This document shows positions 61,900-64,000 of a DNA stretch of 64,000 nucleotides, piece after piece. Source of the DNA: Phoronis australis (lineage: Eukaryota; Animalia; Phoronida); assembly GCA_002633005.1 (NCBI GenBank), contig NMRA01000070.1, forward strand, positions 605,872 to 669,871, read 5' to 3'. A program made the translations under genes and the position numbers. The notes under the pieces are model-generated. The model was given only the letters and a program-made list of their open reading frames with translations. It had not been told where the DNA came from and searched no databases. Positions within the stretch are counted from its first letter, which is position 1; each line of letters starts with the position of its first letter.

Positions 61900-63736
61900 A
61901 ACTGGATAATAAATTGTAACGCTTGAAAAGCATGATGGACGAATTTTATAAGTAGGATATCCGGAGTTCTCATGAGAGATACAAATTTAGATGTCTTGAA
62001 TGCACTGCAAACTAACACAACGTGGTGTTTGTCCTCTATACATCCCGAATTATATAACTCACACAACCTATTTTCATAGGGAATATTTGTGTGGCGACCT
62101 CTTTCCACTAAAAACAAATGATTTGAAAATCGCAATCAAGTCAGAGACTGTATAAAAACACGTGGGATACTAACTATTTCTAGATAATTCTCAAGACAAT
62201 ACATTGTTTTATACCTCACATAGTAAGGCAGTTTTGCGTTACATTCGAGATCAGATTGCCAGCCTTGCAAATAACAGTCGTTTACACGTTGAGAAAAAAC
62301 TGTCAAGAAATACCATGACGGCGACATCCCGTTGCTCCCAACTAGTGCGATTGTATAGCCCAACAACAAGTTGGGAAGTTTACCCCCGTAGCCAATTAAC
62401 TCCATTCGGGCGTTGATGGTTGGAGGGCCTGCGCTATTTTGTTTGATAACTGCTCTAATCTTCGATCAGATCGTACCTAGCTTGACTGGGATGGGATGAT
62501 AAAAATGAAAGTTAAGTTAAGCTAGATGTTATCGCACGTTAAGCACCCCTCACGTCTGGAAAAGTTACTGAACGGCAGGACGCTGTAATGCGCTTTGTTT
62601 ACCACACCCTGAATAATACATACATCTGAAAAACCATACACAGACAGAAGTATCCTTACAAAACTTGCCCAATTATAGGAAGATCTTCCGATCAGATATG
62701 ACTGAAAAAGTGTATCATATGCAACCTTTACCCCACGACTACTAGGCATCTCCAGTATTTTGAACCAGTATTTTATACATGATACAAAATATTTAGTAAA
62801 CAATGGGAATCGACCACATTCTCCCATAACTGCCGAGTTTAAACAACAACTGCCTAGTCCTAAAATGCGTTTACAAAACTTGATATGTACATTTTCCAAT
62901 TGTCCATATTCCTTAAATCCCCACATCTCAGCGCCGTAACACAGAAAGGGATAAACCATTTTATCGAACAAGTGAAAGGCTATTGGCGGGGGTAGATCAC
63001 AACATCTTCGCTTTAATTTACAAATTGCAGAGACAGGTTTATTTGCTTGATTAGATAAGGCTTTAATGGATTTGGTCCACGAAACTTTTGGAGTAATAAG
63101 TAGTCCAAGGTATTTGTAGTGAAACACCACTTCGACCAATGTTCCATTGTAAAACCATTTCTCATATCGTCTAAGAGGACCGCCATTTCAGAAAACGACC
63201 ACTTTAGTTTTATTCAAGTTTACTTGCATGCCCCATGATTCGCAAAATTCTGCCAAACAATTTAGCATACATTGTAACTTGATGGTGGTAGAGGAACATA
63301 ACACCATGTCGTCTGCATACAGCAGGGAGTTAACTCTTGGTACTTGTTTGCTGAGATATGTGCTATTAATATTACTTTTCGCACTCAGTTTATCCAGAAA
63401 TTCATTTAGATACAACAAAAATAATAATGGGCTGATCATGCAACCCTGGCGAGTGCCAACAGTACAATCAAAGAACTCTGTAAGACCACCTTGAGTTTCC
63501 ACACAAGTGCGCAATTCACTAGACATAGAGCGGATTATGTTGAAAATTTTACCATGCACATCAATGTTTTTCAGTCTATGGAAGAGTGGGATTCGATCGA
63601 ATGCCTTCGAGAAATCTACAAATGCACAGTAAAATCTCCCACCCAGCAGACTGAAGTACTTGTGGAACATAGCTTGAAGTGTAAACACTTGGTCAATAGT
63701 AGAGTAGCCTTTTCTAAACCCAGCTTGAGACTCATA
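61900..63736 (-). mobile_element. LINE ORF2 (RT domain and C-terminus), best-preserved copy, 5'-interrupted
   Basis: QAGFRKGYSTIDQ, FVDFSKAFD, GTRQGCMISPLLF, LLYADDMVL, YKYLG, CYGAEMWG, MGECGRFP and RLCEL...EDKHHVVLVC. A few frameshifts and a ~270-bp insert at ~62319-62585. Confidence 0.92.
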
Positions 63737-64000
63737 CAGCCGATTTCATAAAGGTGGTTTAACAAAACTAGGTTTAAGACTTAAACCTGGTCTTCCTAAA
63801 CCTGGTCTAATTTTAGACCTAACTTGCATTTCACCAACAGGGTTTAAGAATCTGAAAGCCTGGTTTTGCTAGACCAGGGAGCTGGTTCAGTAGAACCAGG
63901 TTTAAAGTATCAAAGGCACCCCACTGTGTCGAGCTGGGTAAACCCAACAAAGAAACTATTGAAGTGCTTCAATGAAACCTTGATCACGTGGGTATAGAAT
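63737..64000 (+). mobile_element. Harbinger-like element end abutting/inserted into the LINE
   Basis: CAGCCGATTTCATAAAG terminus, with sequence matching 19873-20140. Confidence 0.7.

Overview
AT-rich, repeat-dense eukaryotic genomic DNA. It is most likely from a marine invertebrate, judged from spliceosomal introns and its LINE, Penelope, hAT, Harbinger and Helentron-like repeats; the taxon cannot be fixed from sequence alone. I can build four host genes, all on the + strand. One is a three-coding-exon gene (5296-11064, ~324 aa) with an SH2 domain, a proline/tyrosine-rich linker and a C-terminal WW-like module. The other three form a tandem cluster of secreted MACPF pore-forming proteins (main exons 22894-24369, 32810-34300, 49753-51228; ~496-500 aa). 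These resemble sea-anemone AvTX-60A/PsTX-60-type toxins: signal peptide, propeptide ending in KR/RR, MACPF domain and Cys-rich tail. Each gene has one phase-0 intron a few codons into the signal peptide. Copies 1 and 3 come from a segmental duplication, and copy 3 is bracketed by two inverted copies of a long hAT-like repeat. The rest is decayed transposons, MITEs, a tandem Helentron/HINE-like array and a 582-nt assembly gap. All family assignments are by motif recognition, not database search.
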